A stretch of 63,755 bases of DNA, counting the filler, from Chiloscyllium plagiosum (Eukaryota), in assembly GCF_004010195.1 (NCBI RefSeq). It is 7 parts of one record of this genome, joined end to end, with 100 filler letters (N's around TTAATTAATTAA, not from the genome) between each part and the next. Parts side by side here need not be neighbours in the genome. Positions count along the whole stretch, not along the records: positions 10,309 to 27,137 come from NC_057710.1; 6 more parts are not named here. The stretch is one strand, 5' to 3'. Below, in pieces: positions 11,722 to 23,261 of this stretch. Under the pieces are notes generated by a model. The model had not been told where the DNA came from, did no database searches, and was given only the letters and a program-made list of their open reading frames with translations. The position numbers and the translations under genes are program-made. Positions within the stretch are counted from its first letter, which is position 1; each line of letters opens with the position of its first letter.

Positions 11722-11806
11722 CGAGTTCACTCCTGCAGATCTCGATGTTGTACAGACGCTCCTAATGGTTGAGGATCCATCTATGTCATTTTGAAAAGTG
11801 CGGCCT
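11722..11806 (-). CDS. Internal exon of an ADAM-family gene (metalloprotease domain, the exon before the HExxH exon)
   Basis: Minus strand ctaatgctgattttcattttccAG|...|GTgagt; 85 nt, phase 2 to 0; GRTFQNDIDGSSTIRSVCTTSRSAGVNS matches the ADAM pattern G-x-x-F-x(5)-G-x(7)-C-x(4)-S-g-G-V-n. Confidence 0.85.
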
Positions 11807-11915
11807 CTGGAAAATGAAAATCAGCATTAGTTGAGCAAACATGCGAGCAGGAGTAAGTCATTTGCCCCTGAGCCTGCTCCACATTCAATAATATCATGGC
11901 TGATCATTTCATGGA

Positions 11916-12039
11916 GAAAGTGAGGTCTGCAGATGCTGGAGATCAAAGTTGAAACTTTATTGCTGGAACAGCACAGCAGGTCAGGCAGCATCCAGGGAAC
12001 AGGAGATTCGACGTTTCGGGCACAGGCCCTTCTTCAGGA
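11916..12039 (-). mobile_element. 124-bp Penelope-derived insert (family B) with a 10-bp TSD
   Basis: TSD atttcatgga at 11906-11915 and 12040-12049. Confidence 0.85.
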
Positions 12040-12041
12040 AT
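12006..12041 (-). ncRNA. Minimal hammerhead ribozyme motif, family B (best-preserved copy)
   Basis: ATTC-CTGAAGA-A-GGGC-CTGT-GCCC-GAAAC-GTC-GAAT: all core residues, perfect 4-bp stems I and II, ACGU palindrome in place of helix III. Confidence 0.8.
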
Positions 12042-14189
12042 TTCATGGACTCAGCTCCACTTACCCGCGCTCTCACCGTATTCCTTAAATGCTTTATTTT
12101 TCAAAAAAAAATCTACCCTACTTTTAAAAGTGTTTTGGTTAGAGTATTGAGTACAGGGATTGGGAGGTCATGTTGCAGCTGTACAGGACATTGGTTAGGC
12201 CACTGTTGGAATATTGCGTGCAATTCTGGTCTCCCTCCTATCGGAAAGATGTGGAACTTGAAAGGGTTCAGAAAAGATTTACAAGGATGTTGCCAGGGTT
12301 GGAGGATCTGAGCTATTGAAAGAGGCTGAACAGGCTGGAGCTGTTTTCCCTGGAGCGTCGGAGGCTGAGGGATGACCTTATAGAGGTTTACAAAATTATG
12401 AGGGGCATGGATAGGGTAAATAGACAAAGTCTTTTCCCTGGGGTCGGGGAGTCCAGAACTGGACGGCATAGGTTTACGAAGGGTCTGTTTCCATGCTGTA
12501 CATCTCTATGACTCTAAGTAGCATCAACTACTTCCCTGGGGGAGGAATTCCATGGATTAACAATCCTCTGGATGAAGAAGTTCCTTCTCAGATCAGTCCT
12601 AAATCTGCTCCCTCTAATCTTGAGGCTATGCCCTCTTGTTCTAGTCTCACCTGCCAATGGAAACATCTTCATACTTCTACGATTCCCTTCATAATTTATA
12701 TGCTTCTATAAAATTCCCCCTAATTCTTCTAAATACCAATGAGCATATTCCGAGTCTACTCAGTTTCTCCTCATGAGCCAACCTCCTCAACGACAGAATG
12801 AACCGAGTGAACCTCCTCTGCAGCCCCTCCACAGCCAGTATATCCTCTCTCAAGTAAGGAGACCAAACCTGCAGCACCCTATACAGCTGTAACATAACCT
12901 CCCTGCTTTTAAACTCAATCCCTTCAGCAATGAAGAACAAAATCCCTTTTGCCTTCTTAATTACCTGTCAGACCTGCAAACCAACCTTCTGTGATTCATG
13001 TACAAGGACACCCAGGTCCCTCTACATAGCAGCTTGCTGCAGTTTTTTACCATTCAAGTAACTGTCCTTTTCACTGCTATTCCTTCCAAAATGGATGACT
13101 TCACATTCAGCATAGAACAAAGAACATTGCAGAGCAGTACAGGCTTTTTGGCCCTCAATGTTGTGCCGACCTGTGAAACCAATCTGAAACCCATCTAACC
13201 TACACTATCCCATTTTCATCCATAAGTTCAACCAATGACCATTTAAATGTCCTTAAAGTTGGCGAGTCTACTACTGTTGCAGGCAGGGCATTCCATGGCC
13301 TTACTACTCTCTGAGTAAAGAAACTGCCTCTGACATCTGTCCTATATCTATCACCCCTCGTGCTAGCCATCACCATCTAAGGAAAAAGGCTGTCCCTGTC
13401 CACCCTATCTAACCCTCTGATTATCTTGTATGCCTCTATAAAGTCACCTCTCAACCTTCTTCTCTCTAACATAAACAGCCCCAAGTCCCTCAGCCATTCT
13501 TCACAAGACCTTCCCTCCGTACCAGGCAACATTCCAGTAAATCATCTTTGAACCCTTTCTAAAACTTCCACATACTTCCGATAATGCGGTGACCAGAACT
13601 GTACACAATACTCCAAGCGCGACCACATCAGAGTTTTGCACAGCTGCAGCATGACCTCGTGGCTCCAAAGTTCAATCCCTCTACCAATAAAAGCCCATAC
13701 ACCATGTGCCTTCTTAACAGCCCTAACAACCTGGGTGGCAACTGTCACAAAGTGAATCCCTTTTTTTTGTAAAAGCTGTTCCTTGGCTGAAGGAGACCGT
13801 GTCCTTGATTTTTTTTCAGTAAGTCAATAAATCAGGCCGGGCTCCGATCAATTACATTTGGTCCAGAGATGAAAAGGATTTTGAGAGGCCTTTTGTTTAT
13901 ATGTAAACAGATGAGACTTCAGGCCAAAGTGGTCATGTTTTAGAAGTGACCTGTACAATGAAAGGGGAGTGGTCAGCTCTCTAGCTGAGCTGAGCAATTT
14001 TAGTTCAGTCTTGAACTGGTTGGATGTTCAATAGGGAGATGTGTGGAAACTCTCTCTCTCTTTCTGTCCTTCAACTTCAACCTGTAAGCCTTTGTTCCAT
14101 TTATACTGGGCTTTAAAGGAAGTTTGCTTATTGGGACTGTTGTGTATATCCAGAACAGCATCTTTGAGTCTAGTTTGGATAGACTGTAG

Positions 14190-14955
14190 GGACAAGATTA
14201 GAGTGGTGCTGGAAAAGCACAGCAGGACAGGCAGCATCCAAGCAGCAGGAAAATCGATATTTCGGGCAAAAGCCCTTCATCAGGAACGGGGCAGGGAGCC
14301 TCTGGGGTGGAGGAATAAATGGGAGGGGGGTTGGGGCTGGAGAGTATGGAAAATAAAGAACATGAAAGCATGGGTAGGGTTAAAGCATGAAGCCCACTGG
14401 CAATCTGTTCTGTGGAAGGCAGGATGGGATAACCATAGTGGAATTTTCTTACACCAATTAGCAGAGTAAGGTTAAGGCTGAAAGGTCACTATGATGAGAT
14501 GAGATAACACAAGTAATAAAGCAAGTTTCTCTGTTAAGTGTTATTAATACAGGATTGGGACCATAAATATTTGGGACATGACATTAAAATATCTAATTAA
14601 TAGTTAGTAAATTCAGCTTGAGACAGGAGACTATTGTAATAGACGGAATAGCTAAATATCTATCATGATAGGTTAGTCTGGGATGGAAGATCACTGTAGC
14701 AGAGGAAACAATAAATATCTTAGCATGATGTTAGAATAACATTAAGTAGAATGTACAACTAAAGAGATAATGGGAACTAACATCACTGGTCTATTGTGTA
14801 GCTAGAGTGAGGTACACCACTAGTTACTGATTCCTGATGAAGGGCTTTTGCCCGAAACATTAACTCTCCTGCTCCTCGGATGCTGCCTGACCTGCTGTGC
14901 GTTTCCAGCACCACACTCTCAACTCTGATCTCCTGCATCTGCAGTCCTCACTTTC
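14190..14955. mobile_element. Two family-B Penelope terminal fragments in inverted orientation (14190-14345 minus, 14830-14955 plus) around about 490 bp of AT-rich sequence
   Basis: Both contain CTGATGA-A-GGGC-TTTT-GCCC-GAAA. Confidence 0.75.
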
Positions 14956-14959
14956 GACT

Positions 14960-15360
14960 CGTCACTGATCGTCAACTAGAATAGCACTCATTTATCCCCA
15001 CTCTTTGCTTCCTGTCAGTCAACCAATCCACACTAATACTTTACCCCTAACACCATGCATCCTTATCTTATGCAGCAGTCTCAGGTGTGGCACCTTGTCA
15101 AAGGCTTTTTGGAAATCTAGGTACACCACATCCACTGGATCCCCATTGTCCACCTTGCTTGTAATGTCTTCATAGAATTCTAAAAGATTAGTTCAGCATG
15201 ATCTGCCCTTCATGAACTCATGCTGCATCTGTCCAACGGGACAATTTATTTTGAGATGTCCTGCTATTTCTTCCTTGGTAATAGACTTAAGCATCTTCCC
15301 CAGTACAGAGGTTAAGCTAACCAGTCTACGGTTCCCCATCTTTTGTCTACCTCCCTCTTG
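14960..15360 (-). mobile_element. Old CR1 RT fragment
   Basis: ORF 15193..15462 ends VSLTSVLGKML..QHEFMKGRSC. Confidence 0.8.
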
Positions 15361-16574
15361 GGTTATCACTTCTATGAATACTGGTCTCAGCAGGTTCAGC
15401 AACATGGAGATTAAGGAGTATGAGTATTGTATTTGTTCCTTTACCATCTCAATGTGGTACATATGCCACTCTTGACACAGCCATCCCCTGCACTTATGGT
15501 ACTGACAAACTGTTCCTGATTAGCGATACTATAACAGAGGCATTTGGTGTCTCTGCTACCCCAAGTATTGCAGGGTTCTTCTGCTTCAGTTTTGGTATCC
15601 CTGCTGTTGCAAAGTTGAATGAGTTGATGTTCACTTGAAAATAGAGAGTGTTTTCTGAATCTTGAAGTAAACTTCAATTGCAGGCTCAGCTGCACAAACA
15701 GAACGTTTGGGGCACGGGCACTTCCAAAATCGACACATGTAACAATTGGCTGTTAAAGGGATACCTGAGTTTTGGTTGCTGTTTTGAGAATAATTCAAAT
15801 TTAAACAATTAGTTTAAATTATACCCAGGATAACTGTCCATCTAATATATTGTTCTCCAAGAAATTAGAAGACCCTCTCTCTCAAAAAAGGTACCTTTTC
15901 CTGTGAAACATACTCACAGTAAATGAAAGATGATGACTCAGAGAGATCAGCAGGTGGAAGACTGAAGACAGTGGGGAAGACAGAGACTGTGTGGACTTGA
16001 GATTAAGTTAGTGCAATGTTTAGTGTGTTTTTGGTACAGCTTGTTAATAAGATTGTGTTTAGTAAAGGGAAAGGATGTTTGGTTTGTGAATTGTTTTGTT
16101 TAGAGTTCACTATTAGAGTTAAGGAAATAAGTTGTTAATTTTCTGTAAATAGTGGCAATTAGGAGTTCTCTATCCCTCCCTCACATTTTACAGACTATGA
16201 AGTGAGCTGAGCTTTTCTGGGGCTTTGATTTTACAGATGGCTTTGGCCTCTGCATTATTACAGTTTGGGGGCTCATCTTCTGGGATTGGACAGATCTGGA
16301 CAGATCATGTCCAGCATCTAGACGCATTTGAACAGGTTTGAACAGATTTGGGGTATGAAAGGTCCCAGTAGATTTTAAACACTTGGCGAATAGTGCCCTA
16401 GATCTTTAAATAAAATAGATGAGAAAAATCAGTTTAATTTTGGTTACTTGTGGTTGGTTGAATTAATAGCGAAGGAAAAACATCTTAACATTATTAAAGA
16501 GATTCTGGGGTTTAAAGATGCTTCCCAAAATTGCCAAGAAAGTTTAGAAAGACAGAGGAAGGCCATACTTTTAG

Positions 16575-17668
16575 ACAGGTCAAGAGAGCAGTCTTGAGCT
16601 GGAAGATTGGATCTGGGGTAAGGTGGGGGAGGAGAAATGAGGAAACTGGTGAAATCCGCATTGATCCCGTGTGGTTGGAGGGTCCCAAGACGGAAGGTGA
16701 GGTGATCTTCCTCCAGGCATCAGGTGGCTAAGATTTGGCGGTGGAGGAGGCCCAGGGCTTGTATGCCTTTGGTGGAGTGGAACGGGGAGTTGAAGTGTCG
16801 GCCACAGGGCAGTAAGGTTGTTTGGTGCGTGTGTCCCAGAAATGTTCTCTGAAACATTCTGCAAGTTGGCATCCTGTCTCCCCAGTGCAGAGGAGACCAC
16901 ATCAAGAGCAACAGACACAGTCGGTGAGAATGGACATGCAGGAAAATCTCTGCTGGATGTGGAAGAATCCTTTGGGAGCCTTGGATAGAGGTGATGGGGG
17001 ACGCAGTGGAATTGGGAGTAATTTTTACAGGAGGGGGAGTGGGAGGAGGTGTAGTCCAGGTAACTGTAGGGGTCAGTGTGTTTGAAGTAGATGTTCGTGT
17101 TGAGTCGGTCACGGGAAAGGGAAATGAAGAGGTCCAGGAAGGGGAAGGGAGGTGTCCGAGATGGTCACACCTGTAAAACGCCATCCCTTATTCCCAATTC
17201 CTCAGCCTCCGCTACGTCTGCTCCCAGGAGGACCAATTCCACTCCAGAACATCCTAGATGGCCTCTTACTTCAAAAGCCACATTATCCCCTCCCACATGG
17301 TCAACATTGCCCTCCAGCAAATCTTCTCCACTGCCCACACCTTCGCCCTTGAACCCCTCCCCTCTCCAATTGCAACAAAGACAGAACCCTCTGCTTCTGA
17401 CCTTCCACCCCACCAACTTCCGGATACAGTGCATCATCCTCTGCCATTTCTGCCAGCTACAGTCAGACCCCACCACTAGTGATATATTTCCTTCCCCACC
17501 CCTATCAGCATTCTACAGAAACCATTCCCCCGCAACTCCATTATTAGGTTGACACCCTCCACCAACCCACTCTCCTCTCCTGGCATCTTCCCCTTGTTGC
17601 CACAAAACCTGTGCCCAAACCTCCCACTTCACCTCCATTCAAGGTCCCAAAGGATCCTTCCACATCAG
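16575..17668. mobile_element. Rearranged Penelope fragments (GIY-YIG and RT pieces on minus, middle piece on plus) inside the Gypsy element
   Basis: Homologous to 21061-21640 and 43410-44420; strand switch at about 17170. Confidence 0.75.
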
Positions 17669-17669
17669 T

Positions 17670-18094
17670 TTAAGTTATGCCCTAGGATACTAAAACTAAA
17701 TTGAGTTTGAATTTATTATTTTGCCAACATCAAAAAAGTAAGAGGATGACGCCAGGGAAATCAGCATCTGGAAGAGTGAAGACACAGAAGATGTCATAAC
17801 CACTGTATGGTTTTGAAATTAAGTTGATGTAATTTTAGTAAGTGTTTGATTGGAACAGCATATTGTTATAGAGCTAGAAGCAGATAGTAAGCAGTTAAGA
17901 GAAGAGGGCTTAGAGTTGTGAATAGTTGTTGAATGTTCACTTTTTGAGTTAAAAAATAAATTGATATTCATTTCTTTAAAACAGTGGAATTTGGGAGTTC
18001 CCTGTCACTCATATGTTAACAGATTACGAGATGAGGTGAGCTGTTCTTGGTGTTTGGTTTAATTAACAGAGACGTTCACCTCCATGTCGTAACA
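17670..18094 (+). mobile_element. 3' part of a related Gypsy LTR nested in the internal region
   Basis: Ends cacctccatgtcgtaACA; aligns to the reverse complement of 38290-38860 and to the flanking LTRs. Confidence 0.7.
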
Positions 18095-19838
18095 GTTACT
18101 GCTCCACAGAGTGAGGAATCAAATCCAGGTGCCGCAGATTTTGATGTGACTCATAATACATTAAATAATGAGGAAGTCCTTGAAGAATGGGATAGGATAG
18201 TGAGCTATCTGTCTCAGGAGCAAAGACCCCAGTTAAAAGGTTTGTTGCAGCAGTATGAGGACATATGCAGGAATAAGATTGGAGGACTAATATTAGTGTG
18301 CATGACGTGGAAGTAGGGAATGCTATTCCAATAAAATTATACCTCGACAGGCTTAATCCACTCAAGAATGAAATGGATGTGATGCTCAACAAAGACATAA
18401 TTGAATTGAGTCAGAGTGAGTGAAGTTTATTGATTATACTAGTTACCAATCTGAAGGGAAATAAACAGTTTTGTGCAGTATCAGCAGGTCAATGCCAAAA
18501 CTAAGTCAGACTCCAATCCAACACCAAGATTGGAGGACTGTATAGAAAATGTTGGACAAGCCATTTACATCAAGAAGTTGGACTTACTGCGTGTTTATTG
18601 GTAGATACTTTCATCAGAGAAAGTGAAAGAAGTTTCTGTGTTTGTAAACCCAGATGGACTAAATCAATTCAAAGTGATGGACCAGCCATATTCCAAAGAC
18701 TCATGAACAGAGTTGTGGTTGGATAAAAAACTTGTGCCGTATATCTTGATGATGTGGTAATCTTTAGCCATTTATGGTACAGTTGGCAGAGCTCTTTGAA
18801 TAATTACAAAAAGCATTCAGTATGATAAAACTGAATTCACAAAGGCAGAGGTGATGGTCTTGGGATATAAAATTGGTCATGGAAGGCTGACCCCAAGGAA
18901 CACAAAGACAAAGGCCATCAAGGAATTTCCATGACTATCTTCAGAGGAACAGCTGGTTTGATTTTTGGGACTGAATGAATTCTCCTGGAACTTTATACCA
19001 AATATCAGCAATGTAGTGGCACCACTAACAGATTTGCTGAAGAAGAACACAGAATTTCGGTGGACAGAACAATGTCAGGGGGCATTGGTGAATTAAAAAG
19101 CCATACTAACACCACACCAGTTTTAGCTACACCAATTTTTTTGAAACACTTCAATGTTGCAATCAATGCTAATGGTATAAGAACTGGAGCTATATTGATG
19201 CAATAAGATGATGATGGAATTGAATGGCCAACTGGCTACTTTTCAAAAGAAATGCAATATCCACCAGAGAAAATACTCTATGATCAACAAAGAGTTACTG
19301 AGTTTCATGCTGGCCTTATAATATTTTAATATTTATATGATGAACAATGTGTACACCGACCACAATATTCTCATATTTTTTGGAGAGATTTAAAAGCAAA
19401 AATATAAGATTGTTTTGATGGAGTCATATCTTACAGACTTTTAATTTACAAATTGTACATATTGCGGGCTGTAAGAGTGTAATTGTATATAAATGTCATC
19501 CCAGATTTAAAAGAAACGGTGGAGATAAGATTGGACCAGATCAATTCCGACATTATACATGTGTGCAGAATTAAAATGAAAGGTATAACTAAGACTAACG
19601 ACATATGTATTTCATGGTAATGGGATTAAGAAAGAGAAAAAAGATGAAGCCTATCTTTTCATTATGATGGTTCATTTGTTTCTCAAGGGGTGAGATGTTA
19701 CGAAGTTGAATGAGTGTATGTTCATGTTAAAACAGGAAATGTTTTCTGAATCTTGAAGTAAACTTCAATTGCAGGCTTAGCTGCACAAACAGAACGGCTG
19801 GGGCACGGGCGGTTCCAAAATTGCTACATGTAACAATT

Positions 19839-19940
19839 CCTGATGATTCCTGAAGAAGGGCTAATGCCCGAAACGTCGATTCTCCTGTTCCCTAGATGCT
19901 GCCTGACCTGCTGCGCTTTTCCAGCAACACATTTCCATCT
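19839..19940 (+). mobile_element. 102-bp Penelope-derived insert (family B, hammerhead 19845-19882) in the 3' LTR with a 15-bp TSD
   Basis: ctacatgtaacaatt at 19824-19838 and 19941-19955; the empty site is visible in the 5' LTR near 15735-15750. Confidence 0.9.
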
Positions 19941-20765
19941 CTACATGTAACAATTGGCTGTTAAAGGGATACCTGAGTTTTGGTTGCTGTTAAACAATTA
20001 GTTTAAATAATGCCCAGGATATTAAAATCCAATCGAGTTTGAATTTATTGTATTGACAACACCAGACCAATGAGACAGTATGATATTGGGGGTATAAAAG
20101 TGCGTGCATTTTGAGAGTTGGTCAAGAGCAACTGTCACCAATCAGCAGAGCAACTGCTGTCAAGCCGGACAGCGAGCTGCCCAATTAACACCTTGCTCTT
20201 CCAGAAATTAGAAAACACTCACTATCAAAGATACCTTTTCTTGTAAAACATACTCACAGTAAAAATAATGATGAGGACCCAGAGAGATCAGCAGGTGGAA
20301 AATTGAAGACAGCGGAGAAGACAGAGACTGTGTGGACTTGAGATGAGGTTAATAAATGTGTTAGTGGAACAGCATGTTCATAGGATTGGGTTCAGTTAGG
20401 GGAAAGAGTTTTTGGTTTGAGAATAGTTTTGTTTACTGTTCACTATTAGAGTTAGGAAAATAAATTGTCATTTTTCTGTCAGTAGTGGAAATGAGGAGTT
20501 CTCTGTCACTCCCTTACATTTTCACAGATAACGAGGCTAACTTTCCTAAATGTTTTGTTCAAATTAACAGAAGGGTTTGACCTCCATTCATAACACTATC
20601 ACTGAGCCAGCACCATCAGGCAATATGAAGTAGGAACAGAAGATGGCCATTCTTCGAGTTCTTTATACAAATGCACAGAGTCAAATTGGAAATGATGATA
20701 CAGTAACCACAACAGAGGCATGGCTGCAGGACAATCAGGACTGGGAACTAAACACACCAGAATAT

Positions 20766-20985
20766 AAAGTTAAAAATCATACAACACCAGGTTATGGTCT
20801 AACAAGTTTATTTGGAAATACTAGCTTTTGGAGCACTGCTTCTTCATCGGGTGGTTGTCAGGTGGAAGGAGCAGTGCTCTGAAAACTAATGTTTCCAAAT
20901 AAATCTGTTGGACTATAACCTGGTGTTGTGTGATTTTTAACTTTGTACATCCCAGTCAAACATTGGCATCTCCAAATCATGACCA
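20766..20985. mobile_element. Inverted pair of family-C Penelope terminal repeats
   Basis: Imperfect arms of about 80 bp (20766-20845 / 20865-20944) meeting inside the hammerhead region. Confidence 0.8.
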
Positions 20986-21060
20986 GGATATAATGTTTAC
21001 AGGAAGGATAGAGAAAATGGCAAAGGTGCTGGAGTAACATCACTGATTATAAACAGAATC

Positions 21061-21640
21061 ACCCCTATCCCACCTCTCCACCCCTATCAGCGTTCCGGAA
21101 AGACCAGTCCCTCCGCGACTCCCTCGTCAGGTCCACACCCCCCACCAACCCAACCTCCACTCCCAGCACCTTCTCCTGTAACTGCAAGAAATGCAAAACT
21201 TGCGCCCACACCTTCCCCCTCACCTCCCTCCAAGGCCCCAAGGGATCCTTCCAAATCCGTTGCAAATTCACCTGCACCTCCACACACATCATTTACTGTA
21301 GCTGCTGCACCCAATGTGGCCTCCTCTACATTGGGGAGAGAGGCCGCCTACTTGCGGAACGTTTCAGGGAACATCTCTGGGACACCCGCACCAACCAACT
21401 CAACCACCTCGTGGCTGAACACTTTAGCTCCCTCTCCCACTCCGCCAAACCCTCACCTCCTTCCACCTATCGTATTCCCAGCGCCCCTCCCCCAAATTCC
21501 CTCCCCCCACCTTTTATCTCAGCCCGATTGGCACACCAGCCTCATTCCTAAAGAAGGGATAATGCCCGAAATATCGATTCTCCTGCTCCTTGGATGCTGC
21601 CTGGCTTGCTGTATTTTTCCAGCACCACATTTTTCAACTA
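21061..21640 (+). mobile_element. Penelope 3' fragment (GIY-YIG region plus family-B terminal repeat)
   Basis: Encodes FTCTSTHIIYC..CGLLYIGE (GIY-YIG); ends in a degenerate hammerhead repeat at about 21545-21580. Confidence 0.85.
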
Positions 21641-22524
21641 AGGAGCAAAGCCAGGATAGTACTAATGGGGGATTTTAATCTTAACATGATCGAGTGTTTT
21701 TTAAAGCTAAGCAAAGATCGGACGCTAGAATTTTGGATTGAAGTAAGACAGACTTTAACGGGGTGAACCGGAGATTGTCCGCAGTAAACTGGGAAGCTCT
21801 GTTAATCGGTAGGAAAACTGAGGAATGTGGAGAGTTTCAAAGAAACACCTATTGCCACTCAGAAGCAGTTTGTCCCCATGAGAATGAAAAGCTCCACCTG
21901 TCGATAGAAAACATACAAGGAGGTAAGCGACAGCATCAAATTAAAAGGAAGGGCATATAAAACCAGAAATAACATAACAGGTTCCACAGAATGGGACAAA
22001 TATAAAGACCAACAAAGGGTGACAAAACATGAGAAGAGTGGCTGGAAAATATTATGAAAAGAAACTTCAATGGACAGAAAAGACAATGAGATGTGATGCT
22101 TTTAGTGATATAAGGGGAAAGGAGCTGGTTAGGGCCCACTGAAGGCTGGGAATGGGGATATTGTCAGTGACCATGGGGAAATAGCAGACATGCTGAATGA
22201 TCATTTCACTTCAGTTTTTACAGCAAGAAGGAAGCACAGCTTACTGAAGGTCCCAAAGATATTAATAGAGGATGAAGGACATTGATTTAAGTAAATGATC
22301 AATAATCAGAAAATGATGGAACTGAAGAGTGACAAATCCCCAGGTCCTGACCGTTTCCAACCCCGAATGTTCAAGAAGGGAAGAAAGCACATTGCTGATA
22401 CCCAAACCATAATCTTTCAGAGTCTTCTAGATTCAGGAGTTGCACCTCTGGAGTGGAAATTTGCTCATGTCACTCTACTCTTTAAGAACCGTGATAGAGG
22501 AAAACCAGAGAATTACAGACCAGT

Positions 22525-23260
22525 TATAGAATCATAGAGATGTACAGCACAGAAAAAGACTCTTTGGTCCAACTCATCCATGCCGACCAGATATCCTAAA
22601 TTAATGTAGTCCCATTTACTAACATTCGGCCCATATCCATCCAACCTTCCTAGTCTTATACCCTTCCAGATCCCTTTTAAATGCTGTAATTGTACCAGCC
22701 TCCACCACTTCCTCTGGCAGCTCATTCCATACACGCACCACCCTCTGCATGAAAAGGTTGCTCCTTAGGTCTCATTTATATCTTTCCCCTCTCACCCTAA
22801 ACCTCTAGTTCTGGAATCCCCCACCACATGGAAAATACCTTGTCTATTTATCCTATCCATGCCCCTCATAATTTTTAAAATCTCTATAAGGTCACCCCTC
22901 AGCTTCCAACACTCCAGAGAAAATAGCCCCAGCCTATTCAGCTTCTCCCTATAGCTCAAATCCTCCAACACTTGTAGATCTTTTCTGAACTCTCAAGTTT
23001 CACAACATCCTTCCCATATCAGGGAAACTGTAATTGCATGCAATATTCCAACAGTGGCCTAACCAATGTCCTGTACAGCCTCAACATGACCTCCCAACTC
23101 CTTGTACGCAATACTCTGACCAATGAAGGAACGCATACCAAAGCAATGCCTTCTTCACTGTCCTATCTACCTACGACTCCACTTTCAAGGAGCTATGAAG
23201 CTGCACTCCAAGGTCTCTTTGTTCTGCAACACTCCCCAGGATTTTAACATTAAGTGTGTA
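22525..23260 (-). mobile_element. CR1 (HER1-like) 3' fragment
   Basis: (tatgactc)-type tail plus the ORF2 C-terminus. Confidence 0.9.
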
Positions 23261-23261
23261 A

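Larger units (their letters stand above)
11838..13745. mobile_element. Nested CR1 fragments: old minus copy (11838-12130 and 12518-13107), plus copy (12140-12515), minus copy (13110-13745)
   Basis: ORFs 12689..12940 and 13542..13748 with LEYCVQFWSP-type text; (tatgactc) and (atagaac) tails. Confidence 0.85.
15605..20595 (+). mobile_element. Degenerate Ty3/Gypsy LTR retrotransposon with both LTRs (15605-16262 and 19696-20595), PBS, RT-RNase H and PPT
   Basis: The LTRs start TGTT, end ACA and align to each other; tRNA-Pro-like PBS tgggggctcatc..tgggat at 16266-16286; YLDDVVI near 18740; RNase H text GYFSK..HQRKYS..KELL; purine tract aaggggtgaga before the 3' LTR. No clean TSD. Confidence 0.85.
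20640..22520 (+). mobile_element. Old CR1 ORF2 (endonuclease to RT start) interrupted by Penelope pieces
   Basis: LYTNAQS..TEAWL and KSPGPD..WKFAHVT..ENYRPV. Confidence 0.8.
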
